64,000 nucleotides of DNA, taken from NCBI RefSeq assembly GCF_006345805.1, contig NC_043001.1:17608001-17672000 (forward strand), read 5' to 3'. Each line of letters starts with the position of its first letter. Position 1 is the first letter of the stretch. The translations under genes and the position numbers were made by a program. This DNA comes from Octopus sinensis (taxonomy: Eukaryota). This document shows, piece after piece, positions 62,533 through 64,000 of the stretch. The notes under the pieces were generated by a model. It ran no database searches. It saw nothing but the letters and a program-made list of their open reading frames with translations, and was not told the origin of the DNA.

Positions 62533-63125
62533 AGGCGGCGAGCTGGCAGAAACGTTAACACACCGGGCGAAATGCTTTGTGGTATTTCGTCCGCCGCTGC
62601 GTTCTGAGTTCAAATTCCGCTGCAGTCGACTTTGCCTTTCATCCTTCCGGGGTCGATAAATTAAGTACCAGTTATGCACTGGAGTCGATATATAATCGAC
62701 TTCACCCGTTTGTCTGTCCTTGTTTGTCCCTTTTGTGTTTAGCCCCTTGTGGGTAGTAAAGAAATAGATATTTCGTCCGCCGCTGCGTTCTGAGTTCAAA
62801 TTCCGCCGAGATCGACTTTGCCTTTCATCCTTCCGGGGTCGATAAATTAAGTACCAGTTACGCACTGGGGTCGATGTAATCGACTTAATCCGTTTGTCGC
62901 CTCTATGTTTAATCCCTTGTGTGTAGTAAAGAAATGGGTATTTCGTCTGCCGCTACGTTCTGAGTTCAAATTCCGCCGAGGTCGACTTTGCCTTTCATCC
63001 TTCCGAGGTCGATAAATTAAGTACCAGTTACGCACTGTGGTCGATGTAATCGACTTAATCCATTTGTCTGTCCTTGTTTGTCCCCTCTGTGTTCAGCCCC
63101 TTGTGGGCAGTAAAGAAATAGGTAT
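62533..63125 (+). mobile_element. SINE family M trimer
   Basis: 11-bp TSD tcatcgagaga at 62520-62530 and 63126-63136. The array ends in aaagaaataggtat. Confidence 0.88.
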
Positions 63126-63577
63126 TCATCGAGAGAATATCAGTTATAGCATTTTCCAAGATTCTTTACTTTTCAAGAAAAAAACAAAAAAAAAAACATT
63201 AAAAATAGCGTATTTGAGAGAACAAAACAGTGTATTATAAGCGGTAGCTGTAGGTACCGGTGCAGATAGTCAAGTCGGGCGCCCTCTTGATGATACAGTA
63301 TTCATAAAAATATTTACGGCATCGTCAAGTATCACAAAAACCCACTGACTGAACAGAAAGCTGTTTTCTTGCATAAGTTGATTATGTTGTTAAGCAGAGA
63401 TAAGTAAGTCAGAAGTATGTTGTATATGTAGGCATTACATACACTGACTGACACAACATACCACTTAAAATATAATTTCTATCGCAGGCACTAGGCCAGA
63501 AAATTTTTGGGGGAAGAGGTGAGATGTTAGCGATTAAATTGGCCTTCGGTACTTTTATTTTCTGGTTTATATATAAA

Positions 63578-63977
63578 CTAGCAGTATCGCCCGGCGTTGC
63601 TCGGGTTTGTAAGGGAAATAACTATATAAGCATTTTTAGAGAGTTATAGCCAAAAAATAGCAAAAAAAAAAATGCATTAAAAATGGAAAAAAAATGATGG
63701 TAATTGTTTTTTAAATCGTTGACTCATCGTAGACATTTTTAGAGAGTTACTTCCCTTATATAATAGCGAAAAAATGCATTAAAATGGAAAAAAATGATGG
63801 TAATCTTTTTAAAAATCGTAGACTCATCGTAGACGCGCGCTAATACCCAGAAGGGCTCGATATGAATCACGACTATAAGATACCCGGTTTTGGTTAAACT
63901 GCACCGCAAAATGTGGGAGTAGTTAGGAATCTAAATCGTAGGAGACAGACACACAACTTCATTTTTATATATAAAGA
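63578..63977 (-). mobile_element. Helitron-like element, family B
   Basis: Reverse copy of 40568-40968. Confidence 0.8.
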
Positions 63978-64000
63978 TATATATATATTCATTTTAATGC

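Overview
AT-rich, repeat-dense eukaryotic DNA. The SINE and microsatellite repertoire looks like an octopus-type cephalopod; this is inferred from the repeats, not verified. One host gene is supported: a minus-strand, intron-containing serine beta-lactamase-family (family VIII esterase-like) hydrolase. Seven canonical AG/GT-bounded coding exons (45352 to 23534, 1120 nt) are phase-compatible, and the SxxK nucleophile is intact. Its first coding exon was not found. The rest is mobile DNA: several tRNA-derived SINE families (one forming TSD-flanked concatemers), a near-intact mariner nested in a solo-LTR-like unit nested in an older mariner, a 5'-truncated Penelope-like element (RT + GIY-YIG) with ~1.2 kb inverted pseudo-LTRs, non-autonomous Helitron-like elements, MITEs, an L1/Tx1 3'-end tandem, a 3.8 kb (TA)-derived satellite and a 1.6 kb 27/30-bp minisatellite. 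The most interesting signal is about ten minimal type I hammerhead-ribozyme-like motifs, folded by eye, in unrelated repeat tails. They include one in a tRNA-headed SINE, one capping a ~90 bp hairpin and one with a compensatory G3-C8 core swap. Penelope-associated hammerheads are a known class; whether these variants are described or active cannot be determined here. Repeat boundaries are approximate unless exact termini are quoted.
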